Part shown: positions 1 to 8,026 of the stretch, one piece after another
How the letters are laid out: the number at the start of each line of letters is the position of its first letter
Position numbering within the stretch: the stretch's first letter is position 1
Assembly (NCBI GenBank): GCA_030424645.1
Contig: JAUHWP010000002.1
Location: forward strand, 4,741 to 68,740
Source: Alphaproteobacteria bacterium
Lineage (GTDB): Bacteria; Pseudomonadota; Alphaproteobacteria; Rhodobacterales; Rhodobacteraceae
Reading direction: 5' to 3'
DNA length: 64,000 nucleotides
The notes under the pieces: generated by a model
The model's database searches: none
Seen by the model: the letters and a program-made list of their open reading frames with translations, nothing else
What the model was told of the DNA's origin: nothing
Made by a program: the position numbers and the translations under genes

Positions 1-57
1 TCCCGGGGGAGGGGGAAAGCCGCAGGCTTTCACGCGGGGGCAGCGCCCCCTGTGACC

Positions 58-1092
58 TCAGCCGCCGCGCACCGTGTCGATCATCAACTGCACGTTCTCG
101 GGGTCCGCATCCGGCGTGATCCCGTGACCCAAATTGAAAATATGCGGGCCGTTTCGGAATGCCTCGACCACCTTGCGGGTCTCATCGACCAGCGCCTGCC
201 CACCCGTGACCATGTGGCTCGACGCCAGGTTGCCTTGCACGCATCCGTCGATCTGCACATGTTTGGCCGCCCAGTCCGGGCTGACCGAGTTGTCCAGCGC
301 CACGCAATCCACCCCGGTGGCCTTGGCGAAGCCGATATAGCCGTCCCCCGCTTCGCGCGGAAAGCCGATCACCGGAATGCCGGGGTGACGCTTTTTCAAC
401 GCTTGTGTGATCACGCGGGCCGGTTCGACGGCGTATCTCTGGAAGTCCTCGCTGTTCAGCGATCCCGCCCAGCTGTCGAACAGCTTGACCACTTCGGCGC
501 CCGCGTCGATCTGCTTGGACAGGTATTCGATGGTGGCCTCGGTCAGGCGATCCATTACCGCGTCAAACAGCGGCCGGTTCTCGGCCTTCAGCGCATGGGC
601 AGGCCCCTGATCCTTGGTGCCTTGCCCCGCGATCATATAGGTTGCCACCGTCCATGGCATCCCCGCAAAACCGATCAGGGTGGTTTCGTCCGGCAACTCG
701 CGGCGCAGGATGCGCACGGTCTCGTAAATCGGGTTCAGGGTCGTGTGGATGTCATCCTTGCCCACCAGCTTGTCGAAATCGCCCTGGCTGGTGATCGTGG
801 ACAGGCGCGGGCCTTCACCGGTGACGAACCACAGATCCGCACCAAGCGCCTGTGGCACCAGAAGAATGTCGGCAAACAGGATGGCGGCATCGAACCCATA
901 GCGCCGGATCGGCTGCAGCGTGACCTCGGCAGCCAGGTCTGGGTTGTAACAAAGCTTCAGAAAATCCCCGGCCTCGGCCCGCGTGGCACGGTATTCCGGC
1001 AGGTAACGCCCCGCCTGACGCATCATCCAGATCGGCGGCGTGGGCAGGGTTTCGCCCGCAAGTGCGCGCAGAATGGTTTTTTGCTGGGTCAT
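58..1092 (-). CDS. hemE: uroporphyrinogen decarboxylase
   Basis: 344-aa ORF. The N-terminus ...[17 protein letters not shown]... and the [18 protein letters not shown] block are typical of HemE. The ATG at 1092 is preceded by an AAAAGG SD. Confidence 0.95.
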   Translation of the reverse strand: MTQQKTILRALAGETLPTPPIWMMRQAGRYLPEYRATRAEAGDFLKLCYNPDLAAEVTLQPIRRYGFDAAILFADILLVPQALGADLWFVTGEGPRLSTITSQGDFDKLVGKDDIHTTLNPIYETVRILRRELPDETTLIGFAGMPWTVATYMIAGQGTKDQGPAHALKAENRPLFDAVMDRLTEATIEYLSKQIDAGAEVVKLFDSWAGSLNSEDFQRYAVEPARVITQALKKRHPGIPVIGFPREAGDGYIGFAKATGVDCVALDNSVSPDWAAKHVQIDGCVQGNLASSHMVTGGQALVDETRKVVEAFRNGPHIFNLGHGITPDADPENVQLMIDTVRGG

Positions 1093-1209
1093 GGGTGCGG
1101 GCCTTTTCTGACTGCGTTTGAGCCGTGGTCCCTCACACGCGACAGGATGTCAAGCGCGCGGCGTGCCGCAGGCATGGACAGCCTCGATCTTCCGGCGTAA
1201 ACGAAGGGC

Positions 1210-2166
1210 ATGACACATGAATATCCGACCCCCGACGCCCCCCTGAAGATCGGCACACGCGGCAGCCCGCTGGCGCTGGCGCAGGCGTATGAAACCCGCC
1301 GTCGCCTGATGGCCGCCTTCGACTTGCCCGACGCGGCGTTCGAGGTCGTGGTGATCCATACAACCGGCGATGATCGCGCGCTGATCGACGCGGATCGCCC
1401 GTTGAAGGAGATCGGTAACAAGGGTCTGTTCACCAAGGAAATCGAAGAGGCGATGCTGGACGGGCGCATCGACATTGCCGTGCATTCGATGAAGGACATG
1501 CCGGTCGAACAGCCTGACGGTCTGGTGCTGGATTGCAACCTGCCGCGCGAAGATACGCGTGATGCCTTCGTGTCGGTCAAATACAGTGCGATCAGCGAAT
1601 TGCCGCAGGGCGCGGTGGTCGGCACCTCGTCGCTGCGGCGCAAGGCGCAACTGTTGAACAGTCGCCCCGACCTGCAAATTGTCGAGTTTCGCGGCAACGT
1701 CCAGACCCGTCTGAAAAAGCTGAATGAAGGCGTGGCCGAGGCGACGTTTCTTGCCATGGCCGGTCTGAACCGTCTGGGCATGACGGATGTGCCCAAAACC
1801 CCGATCCCGACAGATGACATGCTGAATGCCGTGGCCCAAGGGGCCATCGGCATCGAACGCCGCGCCGACGACATGCGCGCGAAAGAGATGCTGGATGCCA
1901 TCCACGACGTTGAGACCGGCCAGCGGCTGGCGGCCGAGCGGGCGTTTCTTGCGGCGCTGGACGGGTCATGCGAGACCCCGATTGCCGGGCTTGCCACGCT
2001 TGACGGCGACATGCTGACCCTGCGCGGGGAAATTCTGCGCACCGACGGGTCCGAGGCCGTATCGGATCAGGTGTCCGGGCCGATCGCGGAGGGTCCGGCG
2101 CTTGGCCGCAAACTGGCCGAGGATTTGCTGTCGCGTGTCGGTGACGATTTCTTCGACTGGAGATAA
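1210..2166 (+). CDS. hemC: hydroxymethylbilane synthase (porphobilinogen deaminase)
   Basis: LKIGTRGSPLALAQA N-terminus, GNVQTRLKKL block, and the C-terminal cofactor-Cys region DGSCETPIAG. GAAGGG SD before the ATG at 1210. Divergent from hemE. Confidence 0.95.
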   Translation: MTHEYPTPDAPLKIGTRGSPLALAQAYETRRRLMAAFDLPDAAFEVVVIHTTGDDRALIDADRPLKEIGNKGLFTKEIEEAMLDGRIDIAVHSMKDMPVEQPDGLVLDCNLPREDTRDAFVSVKYSAISELPQGAVVGTSSLRRKAQLLNSRPDLQIVEFRGNVQTRLKKLNEGVAEATFLAMAGLNRLGMTDVPKTPIPTDDMLNAVAQGAIGIERRADDMRAKEMLDAIHDVETGQRLAAERAFLAALDGSCETPIAGLATLDGDMLTLRGEILRTDGSEAVSDQVSGPIAEGPALGRKLAEDLLSRVGDDFFDWR

Positions 2167-2199
2167 GAAAAGGCCCGGCCGATTGACCGGGCCTGTTTC
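2167..2199. terminator. bidirectional intrinsic terminator between convergent hemC and thiolase
   Basis: 8-bp GC stem aggcccgg (2171-2178) / ccgggcct (2187-2194) with an 8-nt loop, flanked by an A-run upstream and gtttc downstream. It sits in the 42-nt gap between two stop codons. Confidence 0.6.
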
Positions 2200-2208
2200 A
2201 GTCTTGCC

Positions 2209-3384
2209 TCAAAGGCGTTCGATGGCCAGCGCGATACCCTGACCGCCGCCAATGCACATGGTGATCAGGGCTTTCGAACCGCCGATCCGCTCCAGTTCAT
2301 ACAGCGCCTTGATCGTGATGATCGCGCCGGTTGCGCCCACCGGATGCCCCAGCGCAATCGCGCCGCCGTTCGGGTTCACGCGGGCGGGGTCAAGCCCCAA
2401 CCCCTTGTTCACCGCAATCGCTTGCGCCGCGAAAGCTTCGTTCGATTCGATCACGTCGAAATCCGCGACGGTCAGCCCGGTTTTTGCCAACAGGTTTTCG
2501 ACCGCTGGCACAGGGCCGATGCCCATCACCTCGGGCCGCACGCCTGCATGGCCATAGCCGATGATCCGCGCCATGGGTTTCAACCCGGCCTTTTCTGCGG
2601 CGTCGGCACGGGCCAGCACCAGCGCGCCCGCCCCGTCATTGATGCCCGAGGCATTGCCCGCCGTCACCGTGCCGTCTTTCTGGAACACGGTGCGCAGACC
2701 GGCCAGGGCTTCGGCTGTGGTCGGTTTGGGATGTTCGTCACGGACAAATTCCACCGTTTCGCGGCGCTGTTTGACCTCGATCGGTACGATCTGGCTGTCG
2801 AAATACCCCGCTTCGATGGCGGCGGCGGCGCGGTTCTGGCTTTCCAGTGCGAAGGCATCCTGATCGGCGCGGCTGACGCCATGCTCGGCCGCGACATTTT
2901 CGGCGGTCACGCCCATATGCCCGGTGCCGAACGGGCAGTTCAGCGCGCCCAGCATCATGTCCTGCGCGCCGGTGTCGCCCATCTTCTGTCCCCACCGGGC
3001 TTGCGGCAGGATATAGGGCGCGCGGCTCATGCTTTCGGCACCACCGGCCACCCCGTAATCGGCATCGCCCAGCATCAGGGATTGCGCGACCGAGACCACG
3101 GCCTGCAGCCCGGACCCGCACAGGCGGTTCACGTTCATCGCGGGGGTGGTGTCGGGAATGCCAGCTTCGATCATCGCGACCCGCGACAGATACATGTCGC
3201 GCGGTTCGGTGTTGATGACGTGGCCGAAGGCAACATGTCCGATCTGCGCGGGGTCGACACCCGCGCGGGTCATCGCTTCGCGGGTTACATGTGCGCCCAG
3301 TGCGCTGGGCGGGGTGGCGGCGAGGCTGCCCCCAAAGGTGCCGATGGCCGTGCGCGCGCCGCCAAGAATTACGATGTCGGACAT
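2209..3384 (-). CDS. acetyl-CoA C-acyltransferase (thiolase)
   Basis: 391 aa. Active-site Cys block NRLCGSGLQAV, C-terminal GHPVGATG and CIGGGQG thiolase signatures. GGGGGA SD. Confidence 0.9.
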   Translation of the reverse strand: MSDIVILGGARTAIGTFGGSLAATPPSALGAHVTREAMTRAGVDPAQIGHVAFGHVINTEPRDMYLSRVAMIEAGIPDTTPAMNVNRLCGSGLQAVVSVAQSLMLGDADYGVAGGAESMSRAPYILPQARWGQKMGDTGAQDMMLGALNCPFGTGHMGVTAENVAAEHGVSRADQDAFALESQNRAAAAIEAGYFDSQIVPIEVKQRRETVEFVRDEHPKPTTAEALAGLRTVFQKDGTVTAGNASGINDGAGALVLARADAAEKAGLKPMARIIGYGHAGVRPEVMGIGPVPAVENLLAKTGLTVADFDVIESNEAFAAQAIAVNKGLGLDPARVNPNGGAIALGHPVGATGAIITIKALYELERIGGSKALITMCIGGGQGIALAIERL

Positions 3385-3471
3385 GAGAATCCCCCTGTTG
3401 AATTGGTTCAGGGTCAGGATCGCATAATCTGTTCGCTCTTGTCGCCTCTGACGCTCCGTCAGACCGCTGCC

Positions 3472-3936
3472 CTAGTCCGCAAGGGCGGGGTCGTCGCCCT
3501 CGTCCTCTGTTCCAAGGGCTGCGATCAGCGCCCCGACACGCTGGCGAAATGCGGCATCGTCGTCGCCCAGCATCGCCGACAACTGCGCCTCATAGGCGTG
3601 TGCGATCGGGGTCAGCACCTCGATCATTTCGCGCCCCTTGGGGGTCAGGCTCAGTTCGATCAATCGCCGGTCCTGCGGGTTGACCGTTTTGGTGACGTAA
3701 CCCGCTGCCTCAAGCCGCGATGCTGCACGGCTGACCTTCGGCTTGTCCATGTCCACGCGCTCGTGAATCTCGCGCACACTGACGCTGTCGGCCTGGCTGA
3801 GATGCGCGACCACGCGCCATTCCGACACTGAAATCCCATAGGCTTTTCGGTAATGGCTGGAAAAACCGGCGCTGACCCGGCTGGACAGCACCGATAGCTG
3901 ATAGGGAAGGAAATCATCAAGCTTGAATGAGGTCAC
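3472..3936 (-). CDS. MarR family transcriptional regulator
   Basis: Winged-helix MarR pattern (ISVSEWRVVAHL...VREIHERVDMDKPKVSRAASRLEAAGYV...DRRL). The ORF-track start (TTG at 3942) is replaced by GTG at 3936 because an AAAGG SD lies 7 nt upstream of it. Same strand as the downstream thiolase, 87 nt upstream of it. Confidence 0.8.
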   Translation of the reverse strand: MTSFKLDDFLPYQLSVLSSRVSAGFSSHYRKAYGISVSEWRVVAHLSQADSVSVREIHERVDMDKPKVSRAASRLEAAGYVTKTVNPQDRRLIELSLTPKGREMIEVLTPIAHAYEAQLSAMLGDDDAAFRQRVGALIAALGTEDEGDDPALAD

Positions 3937-4013
3937 GCGCAAACCTTTCGTTTCGTTCCCAACAGGTTGCCCTTATCTGGACCGCATGGCAAGCGATGCG
4001 CGACAGCGCGGGG

Positions 4014-4904
4014 TCAGACCCATTTTGCAAGGGGTGGAAGGCTCATCAACACGGCATTGGCATCATGCCCGGTGGTCAGGCCGAACTTGGTGCCGCGGTC
4101 GTAAACAAGGTTGTATTCGGCATAAAGCCCGCGATGGATCAACTGCTTGTCCTTGTCAGAATCCGTCCACGGTGTGTCGCAACGGGCCTCTGTGACCGGC
4201 ACAAAGGCAGGCAGGAAGGCACGGCCCACATCCTGGGTGAAGGCAAAATCAGCCTCCCAGTCGCCGGTGTTCAGGTCGTCATAGAAGATCCCGCCAACCC
4301 CGCGCGCGCGGCCCCGGTGGGGGACAAAGAAATATTCATCGGCCCAGGCTTTGAACTTGTCGTAGTAGCTGATGTCGTGGCGCTGACAGGCGGCTTCCAG
4401 CTGGCCGTGGAAATGCGTGGTGTCTTCGGCGTATTCGATGCAGGGGTTCAGGTCGGCCCCACCCCCGAACCACCAGGCGTTCGGGGTCCAGAACATGCGG
4501 GTGTTCATGTGAACCGCGGGGGTGTGCGGGTTCTGCATATGCGCAACCAGGCTGATGCCCGACGCCCAGAAACGCGGATCGTCCTCCATGCCCGGCACGC
4601 CGCGGGCAGCCATGGCTTTCTGAGCTGATTTGCCCAAGGTGCCATAGACGGTCGAAATGTTGACACCAACCTTTTCGAACACGCGCCCGCCGCGCATGAC
4701 GCTCATCACCCCGCCGCCGGCATCGGCACCATCGTCCGAACTGCGGGTTGTTTCGCTGACCTCGAACCGTCCGGCGGGCTGATCGGCAAAAGGCCCGGTG
4801 GTCTGCGTGTCCTCAAGACCTTCGAACGCGGCGACGATCTGGTTGCGAAGGTCACGAAACCACGCACTGGCGCGGGTTTTCTGGTCGTCCATCATGTCGG
4901 TCAT
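4014..4904 (-). CDS. hemF: oxygen-dependent coproporphyrinogen III oxidase
   Basis: HemF blocks WWFGGGADLNP, HRGRARGVGGIFYDDL and YAEYNLVYDRGTKFGL. Start moved to the ATG at 4904 (MTDMMDD...), which has a GGAAAGG SD. The upstream 21 codons of the track ORF lack support. Confidence 0.9.
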   Translation of the reverse strand: MTDMMDDQKTRASAWFRDLRNQIVAAFEGLEDTQTTGPFADQPAGRFEVSETTRSSDDGADAGGGVMSVMRGGRVFEKVGVNISTVYGTLGKSAQKAMAARGVPGMEDDPRFWASGISLVAHMQNPHTPAVHMNTRMFWTPNAWWFGGGADLNPCIEYAEDTTHFHGQLEAACQRHDISYYDKFKAWADEYFFVPHRGRARGVGGIFYDDLNTGDWEADFAFTQDVGRAFLPAFVPVTEARCDTPWTDSDKDKQLIHRGLYAEYNLVYDRGTKFGLTTGHDANAVLMSLPPLAKWV

Positions 4905-5027
4905 GTGCAGGCCTTTCCGAGTGGTCTTCATCTGGGGAGGGGCTATCAGGAATTCCCCCTGCCGCAAAGCCGCGTTTTTGCTATGATACGGACCATGCCG
5001 ATGTTTCGCCGCGAGGAACGAGGGGCC

Positions 5028-5414
5028 ATGCGCCTGTTTCCCATTGCTGCCGTGACAGTGCTTGTGACCGCGTGCCAGACCACCACGGCACCGGTGACGC
5101 AGGCTGGACCCGCCAAAGCCTTGCCACAGGCCGGTTGTTCCGAAAGCGACGCAAGGGAATATGCGCAGATCACACAGAAAATAAATGCGCTGGAACGGCA
5201 GGTGGCGCGCGGATATCGCACCAGTTCAACAGTTGTCAGGGTCGCCAACCCGCTGAAGCTTTGTAAAGGGGTGGTGCCGTTCGTATCCGTCTGCCTGCCG
5301 ACGACGCCCAAGCCGACATCGACCCTGCCCACATATCAGGAACATCGCGCCATGCAGAACGAGCTGGAAACCCTGAAGGACCGCAAGGCGGCGCTTGCGT
5401 CCTGCGCCGCGTGA
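5028..5414 (+). CDS. hypothetical lipoprotein
   Basis: MRLFPIAAVTVLVTAC is a signal peptide plus lipobox (LVTAC). GAGGAACGAGGGG SD region before the ATG at 5028. No family recognised. Confidence 0.55.
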   Translation: MRLFPIAAVTVLVTACQTTTAPVTQAGPAKALPQAGCSESDAREYAQITQKINALERQVARGYRTSSTVVRVANPLKLCKGVVPFVSVCLPTTPKPTSTLPTYQEHRAMQNELETLKDRKAALASCAA

Positions 5415-5420
5415 CTTCGA

Positions 5421-6248
5421 TCAGTGGGCCGGGTTGCCGACGGCGTCCAGCAGGCTGCGCCCGCCATCGACGGTCAGGATATGGCCGGTCATGAACCCGG
5501 CCCCTTCGGAGGACAGGAACTGTACGGCTTCCGCCACTTCGTTTGCCGATGCGATCCGGCCCAGGGGCGTGCCTTCGATGATATCCGCACGCGTTTCACC
5601 GGTTTCGCGGATGGTGTCGCGCAAGCTGGCGCTCATCACCGAGCCAAAGGCCACAGCGTTTACGCGGATGCGGTGCGCGGCCAGTGCAACCGCCAATGAG
5701 CGGGTCATCTGGTCCAGCGCGGCGCTGGCAATCGAATAGGCCATCAGGCCCGGTTGCGTGCGGTTGGCGGCAATCGAGGAAAGATTGACGATGGCGCCAA
5801 GCGGCGTGTTCTGATCGTCGTCCCCAAGCTCTTCGCCCTGTTGGATCATCCGTTTGGCGACCAGTTGGCTCAGCCGCAGGCTGGTCATCAGGTTCTGGTC
5901 CAGAAGCATCTGAACCGCGCTGTTATCGGCATCAAGCGGATCGGTCAGCATGACCTGGCGCGAGGCATTCACCAATATATCCACCCGTTCGAACGCGTCG
6001 ATGGTGGCGGATAGCAGGTTGGCGATGGTCAGTTTCTCGCGCAGGTCGCCCGCGAAGATACGCGTGTTCGACGGCTCGTCCGTGTCACTGTCGGGGTTCG
6101 GACCCCATTCGTCCAGCAATCGGGCCTCGTCGATGTCGGCGCAGATGACGTTCGCACCGTTGTCGGCGAAATGGCGGGCGATGGACAAGCCGATGCCATT
6201 GGCAGCACCTGTGATGATGGCTGTCTTGCCTGCGATGGAAAAGGACAT
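5421..6248 (-). CDS. SDR family oxidoreductase (atypical catalytic motif)
   Basis: TGAANGIGLSIA Rossmann motif, NLSS, and a C-terminal GHILTVDGG tail typical of classical SDRs. AGGAGG SD. The YxxxK position reads YSIAS (see findings). Confidence 0.85.
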   Translation of the reverse strand: MSFSIAGKTAIITGAANGIGLSIARHFADNGANVICADIDEARLLDEWGPNPDSDTDEPSNTRIFAGDLREKLTIANLLSATIDAFERVDILVNASRQVMLTDPLDADNSAVQMLLDQNLMTSLRLSQLVAKRMIQQGEELGDDDQNTPLGAIVNLSSIAANRTQPGLMAYSIASAALDQMTRSLAVALAAHRIRVNAVAFGSVMSASLRDTIRETGETRADIIEGTPLGRIASANEVAEAVQFLSSEGAGFMTGHILTVDGGRSLLDAVGNPAH

Positions 6249-6283
6249 ATGGGCCTCCTGATTCCCGGTGAGCCTAGCTGATC

Positions 6284-7273
6284 CTAGCGCCGTGTGCGAC
6301 GGGGCTTTATGCCGCTGAGCAGCTTGAACCCAGGCGTGCCGCCCAGTTCTTCGACGGTGCCGAACTGTTCGGCCAGCGTGTCTTCATAGGGCAGGTGGCG
6401 GTTGGCGACCATGACGAAACGCCCTGATGGGGTCAGCATTGCGGCAGCGGATCGGATGAAAGCCCGCCCGAGGTTCGGGTCCCCGGCGCGGCCGGTGTGA
6501 AATGGCGGGTTCGAGATGATCACGTCATATGGCTGTGCTGGGCGATATTGTGTTGCATCCGTCCAGATGAAACTGGCGCGCGGGTCATCCACGTTCAGTT
6601 TCGCACAGTCCAGCGCCACCAGATCGGCTTCGATCAGGTCAAGCGTGGTGACACCGGGCCGCTGAAGAACATGGTGCGCGAGATATCCCCAGCCCGCACC
6701 CAGATCGGCCACCCGCCCCGAGATGCTATCGGGCATGGCGGCGGCCAGAACGGCAGACCCCTTGTCGATGCCATCGGCCGAAAAAACGCCGGGGCGGGTG
6801 GTGAAGCCGCCGTCAAGATGCGTGTCGGTCGCGGCCCAATCGGTGACATCGGCACGGTCGAACCAGACCAGTTTGCCATGGGCCTTGGACAGGGTTCCAA
6901 GCAGGTTTGCGGTCTTTCTGATGGCTTTCAGAAGGCTGTCGATGCCATCGGTCTTTTGTCCGTCCAGCAGCACCAGCCCGCCATCGGTGGCCCTGGTGGC
7001 GGCTTCCACCCAAGCCTGCGCCAGCGGTTTGGACCGTGGGGCGCAGACCACTGCTGCGGTGAAACCGCTGTCGGGCAGGGTCGAAACGGTCTTGAACCCG
7101 CGGGACGCCCAGTGGGCGTGATCGGGAAAAAAGCGGCTGTAGACGGTCAGCCGATCCTTGGGCAGCGCCGACAGATCGTGCCCGGCGCCGGGGCCGATTA
7201 CCAGAACAGGACCGTCCTGCGGCAGCGACACGGCGCCGTCGCGCAGGGCAAGGGACAATCTTGTGTGAAACAT
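6284..7273 (-). CDS. class I SAM-dependent methyltransferase, RsmC/RlmG-like (rRNA m2G type)
   Basis: C-terminal domain with VADLGAGWGYL (GxGxG) and ISNPPFH motifs. Start moved to the ATG at 7273 (MFHTRLSL...) because the track ORF would overlap clpS. Confidence 0.7.
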   Translation of the reverse strand: MFHTRLSLALRDGAVSLPQDGPVLVIGPGAGHDLSALPKDRLTVYSRFFPDHAHWASRGFKTVSTLPDSGFTAAVVCAPRSKPLAQAWVEAATRATDGGLVLLDGQKTDGIDSLLKAIRKTANLLGTLSKAHGKLVWFDRADVTDWAATDTHLDGGFTTRPGVFSADGIDKGSAVLAAAMPDSISGRVADLGAGWGYLAHHVLQRPGVTTLDLIEADLVALDCAKLNVDDPRASFIWTDATQYRPAQPYDVIISNPPFHTGRAGDPNLGRAFIRSAAAMLTPSGRFVMVANRHLPYEDTLAEQFGTVEELGGTPGFKLLSGIKPRRTRR

Positions 7274-7292
7274 TGCGGGGCCGCTTGTGCGG

Positions 7293-7634
7293 CTACTCCT
7301 TTTCCATCGTGCACTGAAGCGGGTGCTGGTGCTTGCGCGCAAGGTGCATCACCTGTGTCACCTTGGTTTCAGCGACTTCATGCGAAAAGACACCGACGAC
7401 GGCCAACCCTTTCTTGTGGACAGTCAGCATCAGCTCGAACGCCTGTGCATGGCTCATTCCGAAGAACCGCTCCAGCACCATGACGACGAACTCCATCGGT
7501 GTGAAGTCGTCGTTCAGGATCAGCACCTTGTACATCGGGGGGCGTTTTGTTTTCGGTTTGGTGACAACCGCAAGGCCTGCATCGCCGTCGTCGGCGCCAT
7601 CGCCTTGTGACAAGATGAAGGGCTGTTTGGCCAT
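7293..7634 (-). CDS. clpS: ATP-dependent Clp protease adaptor ClpS
   Basis: 113 aa. The core [24 protein letters not shown]...[19 protein letters not shown] is unmistakably ClpS. Confidence 0.95.
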   Translation of the reverse strand: MAKQPFILSQGDGADDGDAGLAVVTKPKTKRPPMYKVLILNDDFTPMEFVVMVLERFFGMSHAQAFELMLTVHKKGLAVVGVFSHEVAETKVTQVMHLARKHQHPLQCTMEKE

Positions 7635-8026
7635 TTGGGCATTGCTCCGATAGATGTGGTTGGGCCGCTTGGCTCACAGAATATATTGTCGATGCCGCGA
7701 ATGAAAAGAGGCAAGGCACCGGGTCTTGCAAAAGGCACATATAAAATGGCTGGCAAAGTCACAAGATTTGGTTTCGACGCTGATAGCCTTTGACACGACA
7801 GGGCGATTATTCAAAAAATATCAGGCGCAACCTGACTGCAAACGGCTAAGCAGAATCCCATATATAGAACCGGTATCCGGTCCAGCCACCACATCTGCGC
7901 CCCGTGTCTGATCAGCCACGAAATACCGCTTTGAAAATAAGGTGTTTTCTCGCGCGCAAACTTCGTGTTACGCTGAAAAAAACAAATCAGCCGGACAAAA
8001 AGATCCAGGCGATTGAGGCAGAAAAG

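Noticed and set aside
12-50. Two GC hairpins downstream of the hemE stop (gaaagcc-gca-ggctttc at 15-31; ggggg-cagcg-ccccc at 36-50) as a possible terminator.
   Set aside because: No U-tract follows on the minus strand, and the window edge truncates the context. The evidence is insufficient to call.
52-1200. 382-aa plus-strand ORF covering the hemE locus.
   Set aside because: It is exactly antisense to a full-length, motif-rich hemE. The protein is Arg/Ala/Gly/His-rich with no recognisable motifs. This is a typical high-GC shadow ORF.
2344-3831. 495-aa plus-strand ORF.
   Set aside because: It is antisense to the thiolase and MarR genes and crosses their intergenic gap. The composition is low-complexity and Arg/Gly/His-rich, with no SD. 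It is a shadow ORF.
7904-8026. N-terminal 41 codons of the ORF-track PBP ORF (MSDQPRNTALKIRCFLARK...).
   Set aside because: This segment is AT-rich with non-coding-like composition and lies upstream of a GAGG SD plus GTG. The hydrophobic signal/anchor starts only after 8036.
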